Below, one piece after another: positions 26,193-38,049 of a stretch of DNA of 64,000 nt; position 1 is the stretch's first letter; each line of letters starts with the position of its first letter. Below the pieces are notes generated by a model. That model saw only the letters and a list, made by a program, of their open reading frames with translations, did not search any database and had not been told where the DNA came from. The position numbers and the translations under genes were made by a program. The stretch covers positions 1-64,000 of the forward strand of contig JAAOMT010000723.1 of assembly GCA_016748015.1 (NCBI GenBank), read 5' to 3'. The stretch is from Geosiphon pyriformis uo1 (taxonomy: Eukaryota; Fungi; Glomeromycota).

Positions 26193-28951
26193 CTAATCAG
26201 ATAATACAGAAGATGGAATTTTTAAAACTGGGATATGAACTTTGTGGGGAGATGAGTTTGATTCTTTATAGTACGACTCACCAATGGGAGTAGACGATCT
26301 ATTCAATTCATCAATGGAATAATCAATACTTTTCTAATTAACAAAAATAATTAAGTAATAATATGTATGATTTTTTGAAAATTATGGATACATTATCAAC
26401 AGACTTATCAGTAAACTATATAGATTTGCAATAACTGGAACTATGGTCAAAAAATTAGCAATCTCTGTGGGCAAGAGCATTTTTTCAATTTGCTTAAAGC
26501 GATATGAGTCATCAAAGACTATATCCATACTAAATAACCTAATACAACACCCTGTCAAATTTATATCTAATTAGCTTGGATGTTACCTAATTAAGCAGTA
26601 GTAAATTATGATAGTAATAACCTACCACCAATAATAATCCCGAATGTTTCAGAAATTGAAGAATATCCAAATTGCTTATGAAAAGAATCCAACGATCCCT
26701 TTATAAATTCTGCAAGTTTGATTAATGCTTGATTTACTATATTATTAGAAGCACTTGGAGGTTTTACTTCTCCAAATGTAATTTCATTTTCCTTATCAAA
26801 AAGAACTTGGAAATCCGGTTTCCTTCCATTTTTGTGGTCATTAGATTTTCATCGTTCCTTCAAACTATTAGATTCACCATTGGCCCTGATTTCGCCAATT
26901 TAGAAATTAAGTATTCATGTATATTAAATAGTTTGTACTAATAAGAGTTTCATTTACCACATGAATTTAAGATGACTCATGCTAAATATTTCCTTAAACA
27001 TCAAATGACAATATCTGTGGACAAAAGTGTTCTTGTCCATAATGTTTTTAATGCTGTCTGATGGTAAGTTTAAGAAACTGTGGAGTAAATATATCATTAA
27101 TATAATAATACAAACACAACAAAAATAATTTGAATTCTTTGTATTCAAAACCTACAAATTTTTTGTTACGAGTTGAATACAGTCAAATATGCTCCTTTCT
27201 TCTTTGGTTATTGAAGAATCCCATTTGGACCAATTTTGATGCCATTTTGCATTCAACTCCACTTTATTATTTAAAAGCTAAATAACAGATAGAAATAAAT
27301 TATTTATTATTTACTATTTATTATAATGTTCCAGGAGGGTCTTATTATACTATATTCCATGATATTTAGTTGAGCACTTATTGGCAAAGTTGCTGGGGTT
27401 AAAGATTTAGGTAACCTGGTTTTCCAAACTTGATCGGAACATTTTACATATTTCAGTTTATCCTTTTTTACATAGCTGATTGATGAAAGACACCTGCAAT
27501 AATGTACAAAAGTTAAAATATTGAAAAAATCGATCAACTTTGCATGACAATGTACTTATAAAATTTCATCAACATCAGTCACATATGAGAGTGTCAGGTC
27601 ATTCTTCAATGATTCAACCGTACTCACTTGGAAATCACGAAAATCTTTAAAAATATTATAGCTGTTTGCCAACCACTATAGGTAAAAAAAATGATTAATG
27701 AACATTTTTCTATGATGAAGTTATAATATTTAAATACGTACATCGTGATATGAATTAATAGAAATTTTTATCTTATCAACAACATGTTCTCACAAAAGTA
27801 TTTTCTTTCATTGCATTAATATTAATTGATTAAATTTCACAAAATTGCCTAGTTGTAGTCGATTATTTGAAAAAACTATCTACCTTTTCCACTTTTTCTG
27901 TAGTAGTTTCTTTGATAGGTGATTCAGATTCTTCGTTGGTTGTTTGCCCAGCATTAATGATCACATTTTCTGAATCTATTTCCACATCACTCCTCATATT
28001 TTTGTTTATATCAGGTATTTTATCTCGCAATTCGTCATTACCAGTTGTAGATGTGAATGGACCCTGGATCACTTTAATCTGTGTAATACAAAAATGTGAA
28101 AAGACATCTTTGTGGGCTAATAACATTTATGCCTTCATACTGACTTTTTTTATGTTTTCAGTATCAATTTGGTCTTTTGCACATTTTCTCGGATTAGTCT
28201 ACAAAATAATAATCGAATAAGCTCATGGTTGCCAAAAAAAAGTTATAAAAAATTCAGATAGCATGCAGATGAAACTGTATACTTACATCATTCTTTCCCA
28301 AATCAAGGGGCTGCCTAAAAGATAACATAGAGTCAATTCTATTAAGAATTTCCATGCAAACTTTTGCTATCGATTTTGCACCATCCGAATAAGTAGAGAT
28401 AGTAACTTCTCTCTGCATGTTGTATAACAGAATAAAACTGCTTGTCACCTGGTAATGACTGCTTGTCGCTGCCAATTTTCTTCGAAATACAATACAAAAT
28501 ATTTTTGTGCTTAATTCTGCTAGATAACTAATTATTGCTTTTTTGACTAAGAGAAATTCATCGAAGATGTAAAAACTTGGTTAGCTGTTAACACAATTAG
28601 GATGAGCTTAAAAATTTCTTCTGTTGCTAATCTTTTCAACAAGAACTCATTCCCAGCTAGCTACCAAAAGGATATTGACAAGCAGTCATCACCAGGTGAC
28701 AAGCAGTTTCCCAGTTAGATATTGGTTTCTTCAATCACTATTAGTGGCAATAATTTCTGGAAAGCATACTTTCCATTTGGATGTTAAAAACTGATTTGCA
28801 AACAGTGCAGCATCGTCTTCCATGTTAGAATGTGACTTAAAATCTTTATTAATATGATCAAAAATACGAGTATTGTCTTCAAAACAGTAGTGAGCTGCAA
28901 TATTTTCAATCGTCCAATTTCTGCAAGTGATTCAAAAAAGTTGTTCAACAT
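26193..28951 (-). pseudogene. Multi-exon Crinkler-like protein with C-terminal PD-(D/E)XK restriction-endonuclease-fold domain
   Basis: About 9-10 exons, most with GT-AG introns. N-terminus NWTIENIAAHY. C-terminus KNTFVHRYCHLMFKEIF...W/ANGESNSLKER*KSND.KNGRKPDFQVLF...ITFGEVKPP...LIKLAEFIKGSLD...FGIIIGG/CIRLFSMD...LPT. Contains a TGA (likely from CGA) and frameshifts. Confidence 0.75.
28435..28709. mobile_element. MITE-like element with 33-bp inverted repeats inside the first intron
   Basis: aaactgcttgtcacctggtaatgactgcttgtc (28435-67) versus gacaagcagtcatcaccaggtgacaagcagttt (28677-709), 1 mismatch. No clear target duplication. Confidence 0.65.
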
Positions 28952-29006
28952 TTTTTTGAAAACGATACTTGATGTTAAATGTTTTTAAAAAAAAAGGATT
29001 AATAGA

Positions 29007-29151
29007 TTTGTAACAATCTGTTACAAAAAAAAATTTGTAATAACCACGGAAAAGCACGTGATTTAATATTGTGACACATGACTTTATTTGTTTTATCGAT
29101 CACTGCTCCATATATGTACGTGTAACATGTAATATGTGGCGCAGTGATTGA
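29007..29151. promoter_or_regulatory. CpG-retaining region with palindromes upstream of the nuclease gene
   Basis: 9-bp perfect inverted repeat at 29007-27, CACGTG at about 29055, and a 20-bp-arm imperfect palindrome at 29096-29151. Confidence 0.4.
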
Positions 29152-29439
29152 CCTTTCAATCTTTTTAAATTATGTAATATTAATCATTTTCATTAATTAA
29201 AAATAAATTACATATATTATATTACATAGTTTTTAAATTTGATGTATATTGTAGTATGAAAACAAATCAAAATTTTTGGTGTAACTGCTTTCATTCTTGT
29301 ATAAAAAGAAGTTTTTTTTGTTTTAAATGGTGTTAAGTCATAAAAAAAACTTGTATATTATGAATATAAGCATGAAAATTTGTGTACCAGATATAAACTA
29401 TAGATTTTAAAGTATTAAAGATAACAGATTACACAAAAT

Positions 29440-32145
29440 TTGACTTTTCAAACTATTCTAGATAATATTTATTTGGATATATCAATTAATATTGTAATTA
29501 ATAATATATTGGCAATTTTAAATATAACATTCTATATATTATGTATTGTATTAAAATTAATATTTTGGTGTGAACACAAGACAAAAAGAAATAATTAGTT
29601 TGCCTTTAAAGAAAGATATATATATATATTTAGTAAAAAACTATATATTAAAAGACTAAAGTTATTTTTATCTTAATTTAAAACCTATTTTTAATATAAA
29701 ACTTGCCAATCAATTTTAGAATTATATTAATAAAAACTTATTTCAATTAAGTATTAAGTATCTATAAATAAAGATAAAATTTTTGATTATAATTTTAGTT
29801 ATATTTAGTATTAAATTTTTTTATATTTATTTAGCTATAAGACTTTGTACCAGTTATTTTTTTAAAATATAAGAAAATACTAACATAATTATGAAGATCT
29901 ATAATAAACAACAAAGATTTAAAGTTATCTAAAAGAGATTAAAATAATATTTAGATAACAATATTAAATATTATGCTTTTGGATGTAAATTTGGTGGCCA
30001 ATATAAACCAAAAAAAAGATTAATGTTCAAAATTATCAAAACACCAAATTAAAATATCAATATCAATTGTATTAAAAATTTATGCAAAATAATTCTTATT
30101 ATTTTTAATAATATACACAATTATCAATTATATCTCAATACTGAAAAATATGCTTTGACATATCAAAAAATTTTAGATAATATTCTTTAAAAAATCTAAT
30201 TTTTCATAAAATATATAAATTTATCATTTATTATCCAAAAAAAATTATTAAAAATGAAATTTTTTATAAATACAATACAAAAATTTAAAGTTTATCACAA
30301 CAAAAAACATAATACATCTTATTTGTTAACAATCTTTATAAATTACAAATTAAATGATCTAAATAGATTATAAAGTTTAAAATTAATAAAAATTGGCTTA
30401 TCTATGTATTTTGAATATTTTTTATACAAATTGTTTTTTGGTTAAAATACTATAATGTTGTTCTAAATAACAATATAACAAAGACCAACTGCTATCAGAT
30501 ATCACTTTTTTTTTTTCTTATCATAAAAAATAACACAAAATTCTACTTTATTACATAAGTTCTTATATTAAATAAAACTGTCAAATTATATAAATGAATT
30601 TTAAAATACACAAAAAAAGCAACAATAATAGAAACATTAATATTTATTAATAATGTTAATTTTGCAGCAAATACAATAGTTGTTTAAGTATATAAAATGA
30701 CTTATCAAATTTATTGTATTTTTTATATTAATGAAAACTTACCAAAAAATCTCAAGTTAAAGCTTTATAATTAATATAAAAGCTTTGTTCACAATTTTTT
30801 TCTATGTTATAATAGTTTATATAAAGAAAATTTCTATAAACAATGGTTATAATTTACTAAAACATATGTTAATACTAAAAATTATCTAATAAAAGCTCTT
30901 TATTTTAGTTGATAAACATAAGTCTGTGTATTTACATCAAAAATATTTACTATAAGAACTTTAAACTACCTTTTAGATTGAAGATCTTAACAATATTATT
31001 AAATATATGCTTTTAATAAATAGCAGTTTATATAATTTTACTAGTGTATTAAACACAAGACTTAAAAGTAAGACAAAATAGAATTGTTTTTTTAAATATT
31101 GTATACTTTTATTTTATATAAAAATTATGTCAATTTGTTATATTTTTTTTCTAACAAACAAATAACTCAATATTTTATGTCTTATATCTTATTTATAAAA
31201 CATTTAAAAATAGCACAATGCCTATATTTTATTATAAGTTAATTATTATTTAATATTAATACTTATAATAAAGTAAAGAAATTTATTTCTTAGTGTATTT
31301 TTTTAAGTTATTTATCTAATAATATTTTGATATTTAGGATTTTAGTTCTAATATAATAGATAATTTTATTGAGAATTTATATAATGTAAAACAAATCTTA
31401 TTAAAATTAATAGTTGCTAAAATTAATGAAAAAAACATTAAAAAATGTAAAAAATCACAAATCTATAACCAAAAAACAATAAATATTTACATTTTATTAT
31501 AATTGTTGATTCTGTTTCTTATCTTTGTTTATATTTATTTAGTATATCTTGTAGTATTGTTTGTACTATTATTTTTAAGTAATACTACATTTAAAAATTA
31601 TAAAATTTTACATTTAAATAATATTTTTATGATAGTATACTAATAAAAAAAGAAACAATAATTTAGTTACTAAAGTTTTTTGCTTTATAAATTAAGAGAC
31701 TACAAAATTATTTTTTGATAAAATAGTAATTTCAAATTTTTTAATTATACTTAAAACTATTACCAATGTTTTATGTCTTGTAGTACAGAAGAAATAAAAA
31801 TATAATTAAGTGTAAAAACTTATATAACAAACTGCTTAACTTATTATTAAACATAACAATTATAGTAAGATAATAATATAGTTAAGACAATTTATTGGTC
31901 AATATAAAAAAATAATGCTTATACTTTAAAATTAAGATCAAGTTCTGGAAAACAATTAAGTTGATAATGTCAATAAAAAAATAAGCTTAAGCAAATTGAA
32001 AATTTATTAGTATTATAACATAAAAAATGCTCAGAAACCAAATATTATAAGTTTGCTACTAAAAAAAAAAGAAAACTATACATAAAATACACTTGTAATA
32101 AATATAGTTTTTTAGAATATAATAATACAAAATATCAAAATTAAG
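29440..32145 (+). mobile_element. MULE/FAR1-type transposase relic (FAR1-MULE-SWIM-zinc knuckle)
   Basis: NITKTNCYQISLFFFLIIKNNTKFYFIT*VLILNKTVKLYK*ILKY (about 30470-30610), YCIFYINENLPKNLKLKL, SWIM-like segment at about 31490-31580 and a terminal YTCNK motif. Very strong G>A/C>T decay. Confidence 0.8.
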
Positions 32146-32734
32146 TAAAATTTAGTTAATTAATTATTTATTTTTTACTTTGCAATAACTAAATATTGCA
32201 TTTATTTCTAGTAAAATTAATGATCCAACTTTAATTTGTCTAATAAAAATAAATAATACATATTATTATTACATGTTATTTTTTTAAAATTTAATAAAAT
32301 TTTCGATTTTAATAGAAGTTATTTTCAAGATTGTTTTATGTAACAAGTTATTACAATTAAATTTATCCAAAAAAAAAATTCAACAATTTTTTGGTAATTA
32401 ATACAAGAGCAAAGTTAAGTTATATAGTATATAATATAGAAATGTTTAACAAATTTTTTTTTCTTGATCATTTAATTCTAATTGTTATACTTATTAGTAT
32501 TTATTTTTCAAATTAATTGTTCTAAAATACTTATTTAGACAAAAAAATAATAAGACAATAGAAAACTTGTTTGGCATTTTTATGTATTATAGCTACTACT
32601 AAATTTATTTATAGATTTTTAATGAATAATAACATTTTATAATATGATAAAACAAAATTTACAATAGGATAAAAACCTGTAAACTTCATAATTATATCAA
32701 GTGAAATCTGTAATAAATAAACATTTTTTAAGAG

Positions 32735-33067
32735 TAACAGTATCTTTTAAAGGCAAATTCAATTGAAAATACTATAAAGTAACCAAACTAAATAGCACAA
32801 CTTTGAATGAAAAATTCAAATAAGTAATATTGTTATTATTAAAACAAATAAACTTAAAAATAAAAGTTTTTTTTATTATATATAACAATCAGTTTTTAAA
32901 AACAACAGTACTTTTTAAGAACAGACTCAATTAATAGTACTGTAAATTTAACCAAACTAAGTAATACAACTTAAATAGAAAATTCAAATAAGTAATACTG
33001 TTATTATTAAAACAGATAAACTTAAAAATAGAGATTCTTTTTTATTATATATAATAATCAATTTTTA
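32735..33067. repeat. Two-copy tandem repeat, about 168-bp unit
   Basis: aacagta...aaccaaacta...aaaattcaaataagtaat...aaacttaaaaata...ttattatatataa occurs at 32735-32897 and 32903-33067. Confidence 0.85.
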
Positions 33068-33699
33068 TTGTAAAAAACTTAAATCTTTTTATAGATGACA
33101 AAATCTATTGTATAATTACTTTTGGAAAAAAGATGTAAACTTTCAATTGTTATTGCTCTTGCTTTGTAAATTTTTTGCAACTTATTATATTGATATCAGC
33201 CAGAATTTTAATATTTTTGAAATAAATATTGACAATATGACAGATACTATTATAAAAAGAAACTTCTATGAGATAATATCTATATTAAAAAATTAAAAAA
33301 TTAATACAGTAAGTAATAAACTTAATTCAAATTTACTTTTGTTTTGTAATTTAATTTTTTTAAGAAAATTGATTTCTTTTGGTAAATCTTTGTTCTGAAA
33401 AAACGTCAATTTATTAATAGTGTTAATTTTTATAATATTAATGACAAAAGATCAGAGGCAGTTGCTAGTTAATTTGTCTTTTTGATATACTATTATTTAT
33501 GTATCAGTAAAAAATACTTAAGAAAAGATTAGAATACAAAACAAAAAAGAAAAAAAAATTTAAACACTTTATTCAGGCTTTTTAGTTTCTAATGATATAC
33601 ATTTTTCAGTCATATAAGCATTTGTAAAAACATTTTTTAGAGTCTTTCTGTTTATTTATTTGAATTCTAATCTGTATATAACAATATAAAGATTTTGCC

Positions 33700-36000
33700 A
33701 GTATTCAAAACAAGATTCAAAATAATTATTTTCTGATAATACCGGAACCTGCAGTTTTCTACAAATTATATACATTAATATAAATATATTGACTGTAGCA
33801 AAATAAAAAAAATAAGCAAAAATGTCTCATAAAATAAAAGATATATAATGAACTTATATTAAGATAATATCGAAACAATTCACTGAAAATAAGACTTTAT
33901 TTGGGCAGTTGTCAGAGCTGTATGTGGTTATTATTACATTTTTGACAGTAAGAAGATTCTGGTCCAAGAAGTTATGAAAAAACTGTTAAAAAAATTGTTC
34001 TAAAAGCTCTCTGAATAAATTCAACTGTTTTTTTTCATTAAATTCACAATCCAAAGAATCTTGGCTTCAATCTATCATTTCTGTTTCATGAACTTAAAAA
34101 TGCAAATAAGATGATTTGTTTATGAAATTGATTCAATTTCAGCAAAAGAAACATCTTGTTTATAGATATTTTGGTTGTCAAAGGTGCTTTGAATTAAGGT
34201 TAGACTTGTATCCACTGGAGACGTAGAAATCAAGTGCAACCCTCCTTGATTTTCACCATATGGCATTGTATGAACAAACGAATTGCCATAAGAGTTTTTG
34301 TCTACTGGAGCTGACTGCATAAAGACAGCTTGCTTTTTCAATTATTAAGTTATAAATTTATTATTAGAGAAGAAAAATCATAAAAAAAGCAGTCATATTA
34401 TCTTTGATTTTTTTTTAATGGCTCATTAGCATATCTAATAATATCAACTAATTAAAGAGTGTGTTGCTTAGTATTATAATCTTCAAAGGTAATATCTATA
34501 ATTATTTGCTATTGCCAATAATCTCAGTAATCTGTGCTTTGTAATAAAGTCTGTTTAAAACTGTATTCTGAAGCTGAATGAATTTTTGTAATATTAATCA
34601 GATTTTCTTTTTATTCTTAGGACTTCTCTATTGGAGTAATCTAAACTTATTTTCAGCATGGCTACTAGCATCTCTTTAATGAAGATAAGACTTAAAAGAA
34701 CTGGTTGTAGATAATTCAGCAGCATACTTATATAGAAAAGACAGATTATTATATAGACTGTATAAAATAATATAAATATTATCTTTGCAATTTATATTTG
34801 CAAGAAAAAATAATATATCAATATTAGTATTAAAAAAAATTAAATAAACTAATGAGATATTTACTTTTGATATATAGATTTACTAAAAGTAAAAGTAAAT
34901 CATTAATATAATATAAAATTAAATCAAATTAATAGAAGCTTTACCTTTCTATTTTAGATTTTTTAATGAATAGATGAACAGCTATAATATCCTGACAATT
35001 ATGACCTCGAATAACATTAAAACTGTATGGACAAGCAAACTTTTTATTTCTACATGTAACATACAGAGGGTGTCCAAAAGTTTCCGAACAAGATTTTATT
35101 TAACAATAATATTTATTTTTTTATAAAATAAAACAAAATAAACAACATATTTATAATTTTATAGTAATTTTCTAAATTTTTCCATTAAGTGTTACTAAAC
35201 GTTTAAGTCGGCAATATTTTTGGTGAGTAAATAAACGTGGACGTCCTGAACGAGGTCTTGAATCAATTGAACCAGTTTCTTTAAATCGTTTTATTGTATC
35301 TGAAACTGTTGTCAAGCTGCAATTGACTATGTTGGAAATATCACGATATTTCTTGCCATGCTGTTGTAATAAGCATATAGTATTACGTTGAGCAATCGTC
35401 AATTCTTTTTTTGTTCCCATTTCATTTTAATAAAAACGACGAAAAAATCTTATATGCGCATTACATTTCATTTTTATAAAAACACGAGTATGAATAAAAT
35501 CGATTATGCGCCTCGCGAAAAAACATTATACACGCGTGTTTAAAAAATAAAAAACGCGTAATTAAATAATTAATTAGCTTAATTTAGTAATAAACTCGTG
35601 CTTTTCTAATTATTCAAGCATGTGGAATGTTACTCCAAAGTTTGTTCGGAAACTTTTGGACACCCTCTGTATAATGATTTTATCTATTGTTTGATGGAAT
35701 CTTTGAGAATTTAGAATCAGAGATTCCTGAAGCAATTAACAAAGTTTTCTTTATTGGAATCATTTCTTAGCTCACTATTAGCATATTGAAAAGTAACATT
35801 CATACTAGCAAACTGAATAATACTCCAGATACACTAATCAATTTTTAAAAGTGATATGAATTATGAATTGTTTTTAAGGAAAAAGATCACACATAATGAT
35901 TATTTACCTTGTACCAAATTTTTTTATATAACAGTTTTTTTTGTTGATTTATTTTAAAAAAAATCTTAATATAGTTTTTACAAAATTTTTTCTTGTGTTT
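33700..36000 (-). pseudogene. Decayed intron-containing gene with SWIM-like zinc finger (possibly MULE-related), interrupted by Tc1 derivative
   Basis: Removing the 35064-35669 insertion restores NHYMLHVEIKKFACPYSFNVIRGHNCQDIIAVHLFI. Coding-like ORF at 34120-34341. Boundaries approximate. Confidence 0.45.
35064..35669 (-). mobile_element. Young non-autonomous Tc1 deletion derivative (same family as 3166-4277)
   Basis: Perfect 28-bp TIRs cagagggtgtccaaaagtttccgaacaa and TA duplication. Open 82-aa HTH-only ORF 35420-35172 (MGTKKELTIAQRNTI...RPRSGRPRL). Confidence 0.97.
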
Positions 36001-37079
36001 TATCTTTTTATTTTTTCAGCATTAATATACATGGATGTAGTAATTTTTTCAAAATTTGAATATAGAGATTTGGTGTATTTTTCTTGATAATGTAATATTA
36101 TATTTTTTTTAAAATAACTCTCTAATAACATATTTGTTTTCATAGGACAATTAATACACTTATAATCTGGTCAAATATCTAGAGTATTAGGATATTAATA
36201 TGAAATATAAATTATAAAATCAAATTATTTTTTACTGATCCATTGGCTAAATCAATATAATTAAAAATAGGTTGTATAACTTTCGTAATAACTAAAATTT
36301 TAATCTCAATAACAGCTTAAAATTTTTGTAAGACTAAGAGAGTAAGTTTTCATTAATTAAATTTTTTTTGATCCCAGATTTTACACTGTTATTTTATAAT
36401 TTGTGCAACATACAGAAACAATAGTATAAAGAAAGACTTTGTTTTTAAGAAATTACTTACTTTTAAATATACTATTAATAAAAGATTTAAAAAAGCTCTC
36501 TTCAAATTATAACTTATTCATATTTAAAACTTTATCTGTACTTATACATTATGGAAATCCAAAGAAATTAAAAGAACTTATTCAGAAATACATGATTACA
36601 ATCTGTGTTCATTTTGTCAAGAGAGTATTTTTAATAATAATTTTAATTATTATAAAGCATACTGGTTCATATTTTTTAATATAACTTTAATATAACTTTT
36701 TAAGTAGTAATAAAATAGTTAAAGAAATAATTAAAAATCTAATCTATATTCTACTTAATCAATTTAATAAGAGTGTTTATTAAAAATCAACAAAATTGTT
36801 AGAAAAAAGTTAAGTAAAATTTATAAAACAACCCTAATTGATGGATTAATTAATAAATATTCTATAAAATATTATAATTTAATAGAATATTAAAAATAAA
36901 AGTAGAAAAAGAAGTAGCAATAAAAATTATGTTGACAAACAGTAAAAAAAAATTTAAAAAAGTAAACAAAAACTTTTATTAATTATATTTATATTTAATA
37001 ATTAATTCAAATTCGATTAATTCATATTTATCTATTGTTATTTAATTTTACTTAATGTATATATATATATATTATCTAC

Positions 37080-37560
37080 TTATTTTTTTAAAGTTTTAAA
37101 TATTCAAAGAGTTATTAAAATTAATAAGAGTGGCTATTTAAGTAACTATATCTTTATCTATAAAATTAAGCAAAATGTTAAAAAATTCAAATATGAAATT
37201 TTGATGGAGTTTATCAAATATAGAAACATGTAAAAATATTCATTTTTCTGATATAGTTTATTATAATCTATATTTAAACAACATTTTATAATTAGGTATT
37301 TCTAAAGTAAATATTTATAACTTTGGAATATATTAACTTATAAACAATAAAATAACAACAATAACAACAACCAAAAAAAAATATTTAAAGTGATTTTATA
37401 CATTCTATTAGAAGTTTTAAGAAGAGAAAAATTTATTTTTGCTGATAATATTTATAGTTTTTCTATGTTATTATGGGAATTAGCAATAGAAAAGTCTTTT
37501 TTTCATGATTATTCTTATATTACTATTATTTGTATAGAAAACATAAAATAAAATAATATA
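37080..37560 (+). pseudogene. Protein kinase fragment
   Basis: EVLRREKFIFADNIYSFSMLLWELAIEKSFFHDYSY at about 37410-37520; upstream YEILMEFIKYRN. Confidence 0.7.
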
Positions 37561-38049
37561 AAAAAGCCAATAGAAAAATAGTAAATTATTAGAATATGTA
37601 ATATTAAAATTTTAAGAATATTAACAAAAATGCCAAAAATTTCAGAAATGCCAAAAATTTTAATGATAACTCAAAGAAATTTTTGAAATTTTAAAAATTT
37701 TATATTTTAAAAATTTATATATTTATAGCAAAAGTATTAAAAGCCAAAAAAAAACCATTTTAGAATCAAAAAAACTTAGTTTAAAATCAGCTTAGTTTTA
37801 TTATTACTTTAACTAAATTATAATTAACTTAATAAATATTATTATCAAAAAATATTTAACATTATTTTTTAATAAACTTTGACTTATTTTATTGAAATCC
37901 AAAATGCTTTTTATATTTTAATGCTATTTACATTAAATATATTGATTTAACAATATTGAAACAATAGCTTTTAATTATGACTATTAATGAAATATTAACT
38001 TTTATTTCATTTTTTTTTCTTGTTATTTTTTTTGTTTGTTAATTAATTA

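Noticed and set aside
27867-28220. 117-aa plus-strand ORF
   Set aside because: Antisense shadow of an exon of the minus-strand REase gene.
23225-28951. Two nucleases as a single restriction or defence system
   Set aside because: Both are disrupted, no methyltransferase or immunity partner is visible, and an adapter sequence lies between them.
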